Assembly: GCA_016197155.1 (NCBI GenBank)
Contig: JACPWF010000036.1
Coordinates: forward strand, 931-64,930
Reading direction: 5' to 3'
DNA: 64,000 nucleotides
Source: Candidatus Omnitrophota bacterium
GTDB lineage: Bacteria; Omnitrophota; Gorgyraeia; 2-02-FULL-51-18
Shown: piece by piece, positions 41,520-51,616 of the stretch
Numbering within the stretch: the stretch's first letter is position 1
How the letters are laid out: each line of letters begins with the position of its first letter
Program-made: the position numbers and the translations under genes
Notes under the pieces: generated by a model
Seen by the model: the letters and a program-made list of their open reading frames with translations, nothing else
What the model was told of the DNA's origin: nothing
The model's database searches: none

Positions 41520-42099
41520 CGATTTAAAATCCGTCGTCGAGGCGCTTTTGTTCGCCAGCGACCGGCCCCTCCCGCCCGATGAGATTTGTCTGGCCTTTTC
41601 CGCCGACGAGGGGGAGGCGGTCACGCCGGACGCGGTCCGGGAGGCGATCGGGATTTTGAAATCGGAATACGAATCGGAGGGACGCGGATTCCGGCTTTGC
41701 GAAATTGCGGGCGGTTTTCAGCTCATGACGGATCCGCGTTTTGCGCCGACCCTCAGGTGTTTTTACCAGGCCCGAGAAAAAAAGAAGCTGTCGCAGGCCA
41801 GCCTCGAGACGCTGTCGGTGATCGCGTACCGCCAGCCGGTCGCGAAGGCGGACGTCGAGTTTGTCCGCGGGGTGAACGTCGACGGGGCCTTAAAGACCCT
41901 TCTTGAAAAAGAGCTCGTGAAGGTGGTGGGCCGGAAGGACGTGCCGGGCCGCCCGATGCTTTACGGAACGACGCCGTTCTTTCTCGAGCATTTCGGCTTG
42001 AGTTCATTGGAAGAACTGCCGCCGCTTCCCGCATTCACGGAAAAAGACATCGAGGCGAGTCTCCTGCCGCCCGAGTTGAAAGAAAAGGAATCCCCATGA
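41506..42099 (+). CDS. scpB: Segregation/condensation protein B
   Basis: EALLFAS, LETLSVIAYRQP, RGV, PGRPMLYGTT..FL. Confidence 0.95.
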   Translation: MPGPDDLKSVVEALLFASDRPLPPDEICLAFSADEGEAVTPDAVREAIGILKSEYESEGRGFRLCEIAGGFQLMTDPRFAPTLRCFYQAREKKKLSQASLETLSVIAYRQPVAKADVEFVRGVNVDGALKTLLEKELVKVVGRKDVPGRPMLYGTTPFFLEHFGLSSLEELPPLPAFTEKDIEASLLPPELKEKESP

Positions 42100-43175
42100 G
42101 CATGGACAAGATCAGAAAAGACATCGACTCCATTGACAAAAAAATTCTGGAGCTTTTGAACGAACGCGCAGACGCCTCCAAAAAAATCGGGCGGATCAAA
42201 CAAAAAGAGGGGGAGGGCATCTACGCCCCGCACCGCGAAAAAGAGATTTTGGACAAACTCAAGGCCGCCAATCGCGGGCCTCTGCCGGGCCAGGCGATCG
42301 AGGCGATTTACCGCGAGATCATGTCGAGCTCGATCAACCTCGAAAAACCCGTGACGATCGCGTACCTGGGACCCGAATTCACGTTCACGCACCAGGCGGC
42401 GCAGAAAAAATTCGGCGCGTCGGTGAATTATTTTTCCTGCTCCAACATTTCGGACGTGTTCACCGAGGTGGAGCGCGCCCGCAGTGATTACGGCGTCGTG
42501 CCGGTGGAAAATTCCACCGAGGGCGCGGTCAATTACACGCTCGACATGTTCATCGAGTCCGACCTGAAGATCGGGGCGGAGCTCTATCTGCCGATCAACC
42601 ACCACCTTTTGTCAAACGCCTCGTCGCTCAAAAAAATCAATCAGGTCTATTCCAACCCGCAGGCCTTCGCGCAGTGCCGCCTCTGGCTCGAGTCCAATCT
42701 GCCCGGCGCGCGCCTGGTGCCGGTGGCCAGCACCGCGGACGCCGCGAAGTTCGTCGCCGGGCACCCCCAATTCCGAGAGGAGATCGCGTGTCTGGCAAGC
42801 CTTTTGGCCGCCAAGCAGTACGGCCTGAAGGTGGTCGCGCGCTCGATCGAGGACAAGGCCAGCAACACGACGCGCTTCATCGTGATCTCGCGGACCGAAT
42901 CCCAGCCGACGGCGAGCGATCGCACGTCCATTGTGTTCGAGGTCAAAGACCGCGTGGGCGCCCTGCACGACAGCCTGGTTCCGTTTCAAACGGCGCGGAT
43001 CAATTTGACCAAGATCGAATCGCGCCCCTCAAAGAAAAAAGTGTGGAGTTATTATTTCTTCGTGGATTTTGAGGGCCACGCCAAAGAGCCCCGCGTGGAA
43101 AAGGCGCTTAAGGAACTCGAGACCCACTGCCGGTTTTTAAAAATTTTAGGCTCTTATCCCAGGGCAGAAGCCTGA
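42096..43175 (+). CDS. pheA: Chorismate mutase/prephenate dehydratase
   Basis: N-terminal CM, PVENSTEG, NTTRF, LTKIESRP, LGSYP. Confidence 0.96.
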   Translation: MSMDKIRKDIDSIDKKILELLNERADASKKIGRIKQKEGEGIYAPHREKEILDKLKAANRGPLPGQAIEAIYREIMSSSINLEKPVTIAYLGPEFTFTHQAAQKKFGASVNYFSCSNISDVFTEVERARSDYGVVPVENSTEGAVNYTLDMFIESDLKIGAELYLPINHHLLSNASSLKKINQVYSNPQAFAQCRLWLESNLPGARLVPVASTADAAKFVAGHPQFREEIACLASLLAAKQYGLKVVARSIEDKASNTTRFIVISRTESQPTASDRTSIVFEVKDRVGALHDSLVPFQTARINLTKIESRPSKKKVWSYYFFVDFEGHAKEPRVEKALKELETHCRFLKILGSYPRAEA

Positions 43176-44293
43176 TGCCGGAAGGACCTCTTTTTCGCTC
43201 GGCCAAAAAAAATCTCGCCCTTGTCAAAAATTACGAACCGGGGAAGCCTCTCGAGGAACTCGAGCGCGAATACGGCGTGAAGCGCGCCGTGAAGCTCGCG
43301 TCCAACGAGAACTCCCTCGGCCCTTCGCCGAAGGCGCTTGTGGCCGCCAAAAAAGCGCTGGCGCGCGTTCACCGCTACCCCGACGGCGGCTCGTTTTATC
43401 TGCGGCGGCGCCTTTCAAAATTTTTGGGCGTGCGGCCCGAGACGCTCATTTTCGGAAACGGCTCGGACGAAATCCTTGTGATGGCCGCGCGCGCCTTTGC
43501 CGGCAAAGGGGACGAGGTGCTCATCGCCGACCCCACTTTTTTGATTTATGAGATCGCCTCCCGGGCCGAGGGGGCGAATGTCGTGAAAGTGCCGATGAAG
43601 AATTTTCATTACGACCTGGAGGCGATGCGCGGGCGGCTGGGCGCGCGAACGAAACTTATTTTCATCGCCAACCCCGATAACCCCGTGGGGACTTACATTC
43701 AAAAAGGGCCGCTCCTGCGTTTTCTAAAGGCCGTGCCGCGCCGCGCGGTCGTGGTGCTGGACGAGGCGTACCATGAATTCGCCAGACAAGAGAAAGATTA
43801 TCCGCGCTCGCTTGAGCTGCTTAAAACATTCGACAACCTGATCGTCACGCGCACCTTTTCGAAGGCCTATGGATTGTCGGGGCTTCGCATCGGTTACGGG
43901 GTCGCGCGGCCGGAAGTGATCCGATCGCTCAACAAAGTGCGAGAGCCCTTTAACGTGAACCTCGTCGCGCAGGCCGCGGCCGCGGCCGCGCTCGACGACA
44001 CGGCGCATTTGCGGCGCACCCTCCGGATGGTGAAAGAAGGCCGGGCCGTTCTTCAAAAAGCGCTCACGGCACTCGGATTCGCCGTCGTCGGGACGGCCAC
44101 CAATTTTATTTTGGCGGACGCCAAAACCGACGCGCGGATTTTGTACGAAAAACTCCTGAGGAAGGGCGTCATCGTCCGCTCGATGCACGCCTGGGGGATG
44201 GACACCTTTATCCGCGTCACGATCGGAAGGCCGGAGGAAAACCGGAAATTGATAAACGCCTTAAAAGAAATTTTGAAAAAGGAGCCGTCATGA
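43175..44293 (+). CDS. hisC: Histidinol-phosphate aminotransferase
   Basis: KLASNEN, GNGSDE, NPDNP, DEAY, RTFSKAYGLSGLRIGY. Confidence 0.95.
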   Translation: MPEGPLFRSAKKNLALVKNYEPGKPLEELEREYGVKRAVKLASNENSLGPSPKALVAAKKALARVHRYPDGGSFYLRRRLSKFLGVRPETLIFGNGSDEILVMAARAFAGKGDEVLIADPTFLIYEIASRAEGANVVKVPMKNFHYDLEAMRGRLGARTKLIFIANPDNPVGTYIQKGPLLRFLKAVPRRAVVVLDEAYHEFARQEKDYPRSLELLKTFDNLIVTRTFSKAYGLSGLRIGYGVARPEVIRSLNKVREPFNVNLVAQAAAAAALDDTAHLRRTLRMVKEGRAVLQKALTALGFAVVGTATNFILADAKTDARILYEKLLRKGVIVRSMHAWGMDTFIRVTIGRPEENRKLINALKEILKKEPS

Positions 44294-45306
44294 TCATCGT
44301 TTTGAAACCGGAAGCGACCCCAAAAGAGATCAAGCACATCGAGGACAAGATCCGCGAGCTGGGCTTGAAACCGATGCTCTCCGTCGGAAAGGAGAGAACC
44401 ATCATCGGCGTCATCGGCGAGGAGGACAAGGCGCGCATCCAGCCGTTTGAGGCCTTCCCCGGCGTCGAGAGCGTGATGCCGATCCAAAAGCCCTACAAAT
44501 TTGTTTCGCGCGAGTTTAAAAAAGAGGACAGCGTCGTCAAGATCGTCCCCGGCGTCGAGGTCGGGGGAGAGAAGATCGTCGTGATGGCCGGCCCCTGCAC
44601 GGTCGAGAATCGCGAGAGGTTGCTGGCCATCGCCGAGCTCGTGAAAAAAAGCGGCGCCAAGGTTTTGAGAGGGGGCGCCTTCAAGCCCCGCACCTCTCCC
44701 TATTCTTTCCAGGGCCTGAAGGACAAGGGGATGAAATTTTTGTACGAGGCGAAGAAAAAAGTCGGCCTTCCCATCGTCACGGAGCTCATGGACCCGCGCG
44801 ACCTGCCGCTTTTTCTGAAATACGCGGACATCATTCAAATCGGCGCGCGGAACATGCAGAACTTCGAACTTTTGAAAGAGGTCGGCAAAACCAAAAAGCC
44901 CGTGCTTTTGAAACGCGGGATGGCCAGCACGATCAAGGATTTTTTGTTGTCCGCCGAATACGTCGTCTCGGAGGGAAACCCCAACTGCATCCTGTGCGAG
45001 CGCGGCATCCGCACGTTTGAGGACACGACGCGCTTCACGCTCGACATCAGCGCGGTGCCGGTCATTAAAAAATTGAGCCACCTGCCGGTCATCATCGACC
45101 CCTCGCATTGTTCCGGCATCTGGGACTACGTGGCGCCGCTGGCCAAGGCGGCGATCGCCGTCGGCGCGGACGGACTTTTGATCGAGGTCCACAACGATCC
45201 GGAAAAGGCGCTCTGCGACGGCCCGCAGGCCCTGAAGCCGAATAAGTTCGACGCGCTCATGCACGAACTCCGCCAGATCGCCGCGGTCATCGGAAGGACC
45301 CTCTAG
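44290..45306 (+). CDS. aroF: DAHP synthase (type I-beta, N-terminal regulatory domain)
   Basis: AGPCTVE, RGGAFKPRTSPY, QIGARNMQNF, CERGIRTFE, DPSH. Confidence 0.95.
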   Translation: MIIVLKPEATPKEIKHIEDKIRELGLKPMLSVGKERTIIGVIGEEDKARIQPFEAFPGVESVMPIQKPYKFVSREFKKEDSVVKIVPGVEVGGEKIVVMAGPCTVENRERLLAIAELVKKSGAKVLRGGAFKPRTSPYSFQGLKDKGMKFLYEAKKKVGLPIVTELMDPRDLPLFLKYADIIQIGARNMQNFELLKEVGKTKKPVLLKRGMASTIKDFLLSAEYVVSEGNPNCILCERGIRTFEDTTRFTLDISAVPVIKKLSHLPVIIDPSHCSGIWDYVAPLAKAAIAVGADGLLIEVHNDPEKALCDGPQALKPNKFDALMHELRQIAAVIGRTL

Positions 45307-45343
45307 GCGCCTTCGGAAAAACTGGACTTTTGGCGATCGAGAA

Positions 45344-45361
45344 TGTATACTCATTGTATAT
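45344..45361. promoter_or_regulatory. Putative mazEF operator/promoter palindrome
   Basis: TATAC-N5-GTATA inverted repeat (45346-45360) upstream of the GGAGG SD of the antitoxin. Confidence 0.5.
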
Positions 45362-45380
45362 CCATTTGGAGGATTGAGCG

Positions 45381-45623
45381 ATGACAACGACCGTTCAAAA
45401 ATGGGGAAACAGCCTGGCCCTGCGGATCCCGATTGCTTTCGCAAGAAATATCCACCTGCGCCGGGGATCGGAAGTGGACCTGGTGATGACAAAAGATAAA
45501 ATCGAGATTCGTCCGGCCAAACCCGGCAAGAAGTACGTCTTGTCAGAAATGATAAGAAAAATCAACAAGAAAAACGTTCACTCAGAGACGGAATGGGGAA
45601 CGGTCGGCCGGGAAATGCTTTGA
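45381..45623 (+). CDS. mazE: AbrB/MazE-type antitoxin
   Basis: VQKWGNSLALRIP; C-terminal WG.VGRE. Confidence 0.93.
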   Translation: MTTTVQKWGNSLALRIPIAFARNIHLRRGSEVDLVMTKDKIEIRPAKPGKKYVLSEMIRKINKKNVHSETEWGTVGREML

Positions 45624-45985
45624 TGCCCCAAACGTACTGTCCCGAACGGGGCGATGTCGTTTGGATCTCATTTTCTCCGCAGAGCGGGCACGAACAGGCG
45701 GGCCACAGGCCGGCTCTCGTGTTGACCCCCAAGGCCTATAACCGGAAAACAGGCGTGGCCGTTTTTTGTCCCATTACCACCAAAGCAAAGGGCTATTCGT
45801 TTGAAGTGGTTATCCCGCCGGGTCATGAGATCAGCGGCGTTGTTTTGTCCGACCACCTCAAAAGCCTTGACTGGAGGGGCAGGCGCGCCCATTTTTGCTG
45901 CGTGATGCCCGCCGGACTTGTCGATGATGTGACACAGCAAATAGGGGTTCTCCTGCAGGCCAAGATTTCCCGAGACGTTCAATGA
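45623..45985 (+). CDS. mazF: MazF/PemK endoribonuclease toxin
   Basis: PERGDVVW, PQSGHEQAGHRPALVL, CPITT, KSLDW..R. Confidence 0.93.
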   Translation: MPQTYCPERGDVVWISFSPQSGHEQAGHRPALVLTPKAYNRKTGVAVFCPITTKAKGYSFEVVIPPGHEISGVVLSDHLKSLDWRGRRAHFCCVMPAGLVDDVTQQIGVLLQAKISRDVQ

Positions 45986-46827
45986 AAAAACCATTATTTA
46001 AAAAAATTGCGATCGTCGGCGTCGGCCTGATCGGAGGCTCGATCGGGATGGCCGTCAAGCGGCGCAAGCTGGCCGGGCTCGTGGTCGGCGTGGTTCATCA
46101 CAGGAAAACCATTCCGGGGGCTTTTGAAAAAAAAGCGATAGACGTCGCCACGCTCGATTTGCGCGAGGGGATAAAAGGGGCGGACCTTGTCGTTCTCTGC
46201 GCGCCGGTTGAAACCATCATCCGGCAACTGGAGAGAATAGGCCCTTACCTGAAAAGGGGCGCCGTTGTGATAGACGTGGGCAGTTCAAAGGTTGAAATCA
46301 ATAAAAAAGCGAAAAAAAATCTGAAACAGAATCGCTTCGTGGGCTGTCACCCCATGGCGGGTTCCGAAAAACAGGGCGTGTCCTTCGCCGATGCGGATCT
46401 TTTTAAGAATCGGGTTTGCTTTTTAACGGCCCGCGACCGGCTCATCGAAAAGTTTTGGCGGAATTTGGGCTCCCGGACTTTTTATTTGGCGCCGGCCGAG
46501 CACGACCGATGGGTGGCGTCGGTCAGCCACCTGCCTCATCTTCTGTCGTTTATCCTGTTTCAAAAGATAAGCCCGGGGCTCTTAAAGGGACGGCAGATCA
46601 AGGAACTGAATCCCAGTATCCGCGATTTCGCGCGGCTGGCCCAATCCGATCCGGCGCTGTGGTCAGAAATTTTATTATCCAACCGCGAAAATATTTTAGA
46701 AGCGCTTTCTCGATTTAAAGCGGATGCCGCGCGGTTCCGGAATATTCTTCATTCTAAAAATTCCGCCGGACTTACTCAATTTATCTCCCATGCCAGAAAA
46801 AGCGCGTCCGAATTCGCCGCGGATTAA
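45982..46827 (+). CDS. tyrA: Prephenate dehydrogenase
   Basis: IVGVGLIGGS, DVGSSK, HPMAGSE, HD..VSHLPH. Confidence 0.93.
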   Translation: MKKPLFKKIAIVGVGLIGGSIGMAVKRRKLAGLVVGVVHHRKTIPGAFEKKAIDVATLDLREGIKGADLVVLCAPVETIIRQLERIGPYLKRGAVVIDVGSSKVEINKKAKKNLKQNRFVGCHPMAGSEKQGVSFADADLFKNRVCFLTARDRLIEKFWRNLGSRTFYLAPAEHDRWVASVSHLPHLLSFILFQKISPGLLKGRQIKELNPSIRDFARLAQSDPALWSEILLSNRENILEALSRFKADAARFRNILHSKNSAGLTQFISHARKSASEFAAD

Positions 46828-47497
46828 ACGCCGGCTCATCATCGCCATTGACGGTCCCGCGGGAAGTGGCAAATCCACCACGGCCAAGGCGCTCGCCAGG
46901 CGTCTCAGGATTCCCTACATTGACAGCGGCGCCATGTACCGCGCCCTCACGCTCGCGGCCGTCGAGAAAAAGGTTTCCTTCCGCGACAAACCCGCGCTCG
47001 TCCGCCTGGCGAAGCAATGCGAGATCGGCCTCGAAGCCGATCCCGGCAGGGCCCAAAGGGTATTTCTGGACGGAAAGGACGTCACGCGGCGGATCCGACT
47101 CCCGGAGCTCACCTCGAAAGTCTTTGCCGTCGCGCAGATTCCCGCGATCCGGCGGGAGCTCGTGGGGAAGCAGAGGCGTTTGGGCCTCCGGCGCGGGGGG
47201 GTCATGGAGGGCCGCGACATCGGGACGGTCGTTTTCCCGGGGGCGGATTATAAATTTTTCTTCGTTGCCAAGGAAGCGATCCGGGCCAAGAGGCGGCACC
47301 GGGAGCTTTTGGCCTCCGGCGCCCGCGCGGGGTTTTCCCGCGTTTTGAGGGACATGCAAAAGAGGGACCGGACCGACCGCACGCGCCGCGAAGGCCCCTT
47401 GAAACGCGCCAAGGACGCGGTCCTCATCGACACAACGTCATTGACAATTTCCCAGACAGTTGATAGAATCCTGCGGTTTCTCGCCCATGCCCGGTAA
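46790..47497 (+). CDS. cmk: Cytidylate kinase
   Basis: IAIDGPAGSGKST, SGAMYR, EGRDIGTVVFP; start uncertain. Confidence 0.93.
   Translation: MPEKARPNSPRIKRRLIIAIDGPAGSGKSTTAKALARRLRIPYIDSGAMYRALTLAAVEKKVSFRDKPALVRLAKQCEIGLEADPGRAQRVFLDGKDVTRRIRLPELTSKVFAVAQIPAIRRELVGKQRRLGLRRGGVMEGRDIGTVVFPGADYKFFFVAKEAIRAKRRHRELLASGARAGFSRVLRDMQKRDRTDRTRREGPLKRAKDAVLIDTTSLTISQTVDRILRFLAHAR
47441..47469 (+). promoter_or_regulatory. Sigma70 promoter inside cmk 3' end (plsC-rpsA-tyrS)
   Basis: TTGACA-17-TAGAAT with TG extension. Confidence 0.65.
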
Positions 47498-48167
47498 CGC
47501 GCGCGGCGCGGGGCGCGCGGCGGGGTCGGTCTGGTTTTACGGGTTTATAAAAGCTGTTCTTTTTATCGCGTATAAAATTTTTTTTCGTTTCAGGTGTTAT
47601 GGCTCCGAGAATATCCCGGGCCCCGACGACCCCCGCGGCGTGATTTTGGCGGCCAATCACGCCAGTTTTTTGGACCCGCCGCTCATCGGCATCTCGTCCG
47701 AACGTCGCGTCACTTTTTTGGCGAAAAATTATTTGTTTAAGGCTTTTTTCGTCGGCAGTATCCTCCGCGGCATCGGCAGTTTTCCGATCAAGACGGGCGC
47801 GAATGATTTTAAAACCATTCGCGGCCTCATCCGCCTTCTCGAGGCGGGCCGGTGTCTCTTGGTTTTTCCGGAAGGCACGCGCTCGCCCGACGGGCAATTT
47901 CGCGAGCCCGAGGGCGGGGTCGGATTTCTGGCCGCCAAAAGCCGCGCGGTCGTGGTGCCCGTTTATATCCGGGGTTCTTTTGAGGCCTTTCCGAAGGGGG
48001 CCCGGTTTTTCAGGTGTCACCCGATCGAGATCCGGTTTGGCAAGGCGTTTGTGCCGGTTCTCGAAAAAGAGACGGCGGGCGAGGGCGCGGATCCTTATCT
48101 GGCCGTGAGCCAAAGCATTATGGAAGCCATCAAAAAACTGGCGGTTGAAAGTTCACCGCGGGAATAG
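47487..48167 (+). CDS. plsC: 1-acyl-sn-glycerol-3-phosphate acyltransferase
   Basis: NHASFLD, FLAK, FPEGTRS. Confidence 0.92.
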   Translation: MPGNARGAGRAAGSVWFYGFIKAVLFIAYKIFFRFRCYGSENIPGPDDPRGVILAANHASFLDPPLIGISSERRVTFLAKNYLFKAFFVGSILRGIGSFPIKTGANDFKTIRGLIRLLEAGRCLLVFPEGTRSPDGQFREPEGGVGFLAAKSRAVVVPVYIRGSFEAFPKGARFFRCHPIEIRFGKAFVPVLEKETAGEGADPYLAVSQSIMEAIKKLAVESSPRE

Positions 48168-48182
48168 GAGAAGAAAAAGAGC

Positions 48183-49792
<1,610 letters not shown>

Positions 49793-49793
<1 letters not shown>

Positions 49794-50998
49794 TGAATTC
49801 GATCGATCTTCTCTGTCAAAATGCCGCCGAGGTGATTGACAGGGAGGAGCTCAAATCCCGTCTCGAAGAATCCCAAAAGTCCGGCAAGCCGCTTCGCGTC
49901 AAGGCCGGCTTTGACCCCAGCGCCCCCGACATTCATCTGGGACACACCGTTCTCCTCCGCAAACTGCGCCAATTTCAGGACGCGGGCCACAAGGTTGTTT
50001 TCATCATCGGTGATTACACGGCGATGATCGGGGACCCCACCGGCCAGACCAAGACCCGTCCGGCGCTTTCCAGAGACGAAGTGGAAAAAAACGCGGAAAC
50101 CTACAAACAGCAGGCTTTCAGGATTTTGGACGGCGATCCCAAAAAAATAGAAGTGGTCCGCAACGGGGAGTGGCTCGGCGCCGCCGATATGTTTCAAATT
50201 TTCTTCGAAAAAATCAGTCCCCTGGCAACGGTCGATCAACTGCTGGCGCGGGAAGATTTTGATAAACGAAGAAAGGCGCACCGGCCCATCAGCTTCCGCG
50301 AATTTCTCTATCCTCTTTTACAGGGGTACGATTCCGTCAGAGTGAGGGCGGATCTGGAGCTGGGGGGGACGGACCAAAAGTTCAATCTCCTGATGGGCAG
50401 GGACCTGCAGTCCGGTTTCGGCCAAAGACCACAGATCGTGATGACGATGCCGCTTCTGACGGGCCTCGACGGGACTCAAAAAATGTCCAAGTCCCTCGGC
50501 AACGCGATTGGGGTTCTGGATGGCGCCCCGGACATGTTCGGAAAGATCATGTCGATTCCGGACGCGCTCATGGAGCCCTACTTTAAACTGCTCACCTTGC
50601 CGACCGATGCCGAGTGGAAAGAAATTTCGGCCAAGATCAAGACCGATCCGCGGAACGCCAAACGCGACCTGGCGATGCGGGTGGTCAATCAGTACCACGG
50701 AGAGTCCGCCGCCCAAAAAGCCGCGCAGGATTTTGACCGCGTTTTTCGCGACAAGAAAAATCCGGAGGCCCCCAAAGAGCTTTTTATCGAAGGACGCGAA
50801 ACGGGGATCGCGGATTTATTGAAAATGTCCCGCGTCGTCGGGTCCACAAGCGCCGCCTATCGGCTCGTGGAACAGGGCGGTGTCAGCATCGACGGCAAGA
50901 AAATTTTAGACCCCAAAACCGTCATCAAGGTCAAAGACGGACAAATCCTCAAGGCCGGCAAGAAGGCCTTTTTCAGAATTATCCCCAAAAAGAAGTAA
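49793..50998 (+). CDS. tyrS: Tyrosyl-tRNA synthetase
   Basis: GFDPSAPDIHLGH, YPLLQGYD, GGTDQKFN, KMSKS, S4-like tail. Confidence 0.96.
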
Positions 50999-51031
50999 GC
51001 TGTTAATCATACAAAATCTTATCTATGCCGT

Positions 51032-51061
51032 GGCGGTACCGGGTTCGAACCCGGTACCGCC
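51032..51061. repeat. Perfect 30-bp palindrome GGCGGTACCGGGTTCGAACCCGGTACCGCC
   Basis: Exact reverse-complement symmetry, intergenic after tyrS. Confidence 0.9.
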
Positions 51062-51139
51062 TGTCTGTGAACCTTGTATTTTTTATCAAAATCATGTACT
51101 ATTTAGCATAGATAACAGAAGCGACCTTGAGAGAGGTGG

Positions 51140-51616
51140 ATGATGAAAAAAGGGGCGTTGTTTATCGGCTTGTTTATCCTGGCGCTCGCGGCCGGGCAGG
51201 CGGGGCGGATTTATGCCCAGTCCGCGGATTTGAGTCAGGCCAAGGTCGTGGAGATGAACGGATCGGCGCAGTTTGAAAAGGCCGGGACTTCCGCATGGCT
51301 TCCTCTGGATAAAAATACCCTATTGAGCGAGGGGGATACGGTGAAAACCGCGCACGGCTCTCAGGTTAGGCTGGAACTCGTCGGCAACGCCAAAACCGCC
51401 GAAATCGTGGTCCGGGAAAACAGCGAATTTTTATTCAAAACTTTTCGTCACGACGAAGGCGCCAAACTGGACAACACCCTTTTGGATGTCGAGGTCGGGA
51501 GCGTTTTGGTGAAGGCCGAAAAGCTGGTCGGCAATTCCAAATTTGAGGTGAAGACTCCCACATCGATCGTCGGCATCCGGGGCACCATTTTCGAGGTTAA
51601 TGTCACCCAAGCCTGA
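51140..51616 (+). CDS. Secreted FecR-domain protein
   Basis: Signal peptide; LSEGDTVKT, FEVKTPTSIVGIRGT.F; SD GAGGTG; candidate promoter TTGTAT-17-TACTAT at 51074-51102. Confidence 0.85.
   Translation: MMKKGALFIGLFILALAAGQAGRIYAQSADLSQAKVVEMNGSAQFEKAGTSAWLPLDKNTLLSEGDTVKTAHGSQVRLELVGNAKTAEIVVRENSEFLFKTFRHDEGAKLDNTLLDVEVGSVLVKAEKLVGNSKFEVKTPTSIVGIRGTIFEVNVTQA

Noticed and set aside
51038-51056. tRNA gene or attachment site suggested by GGTTCGAACCC
   Set aside because: No acceptor, D or anticodon arm and no integrase nearby.
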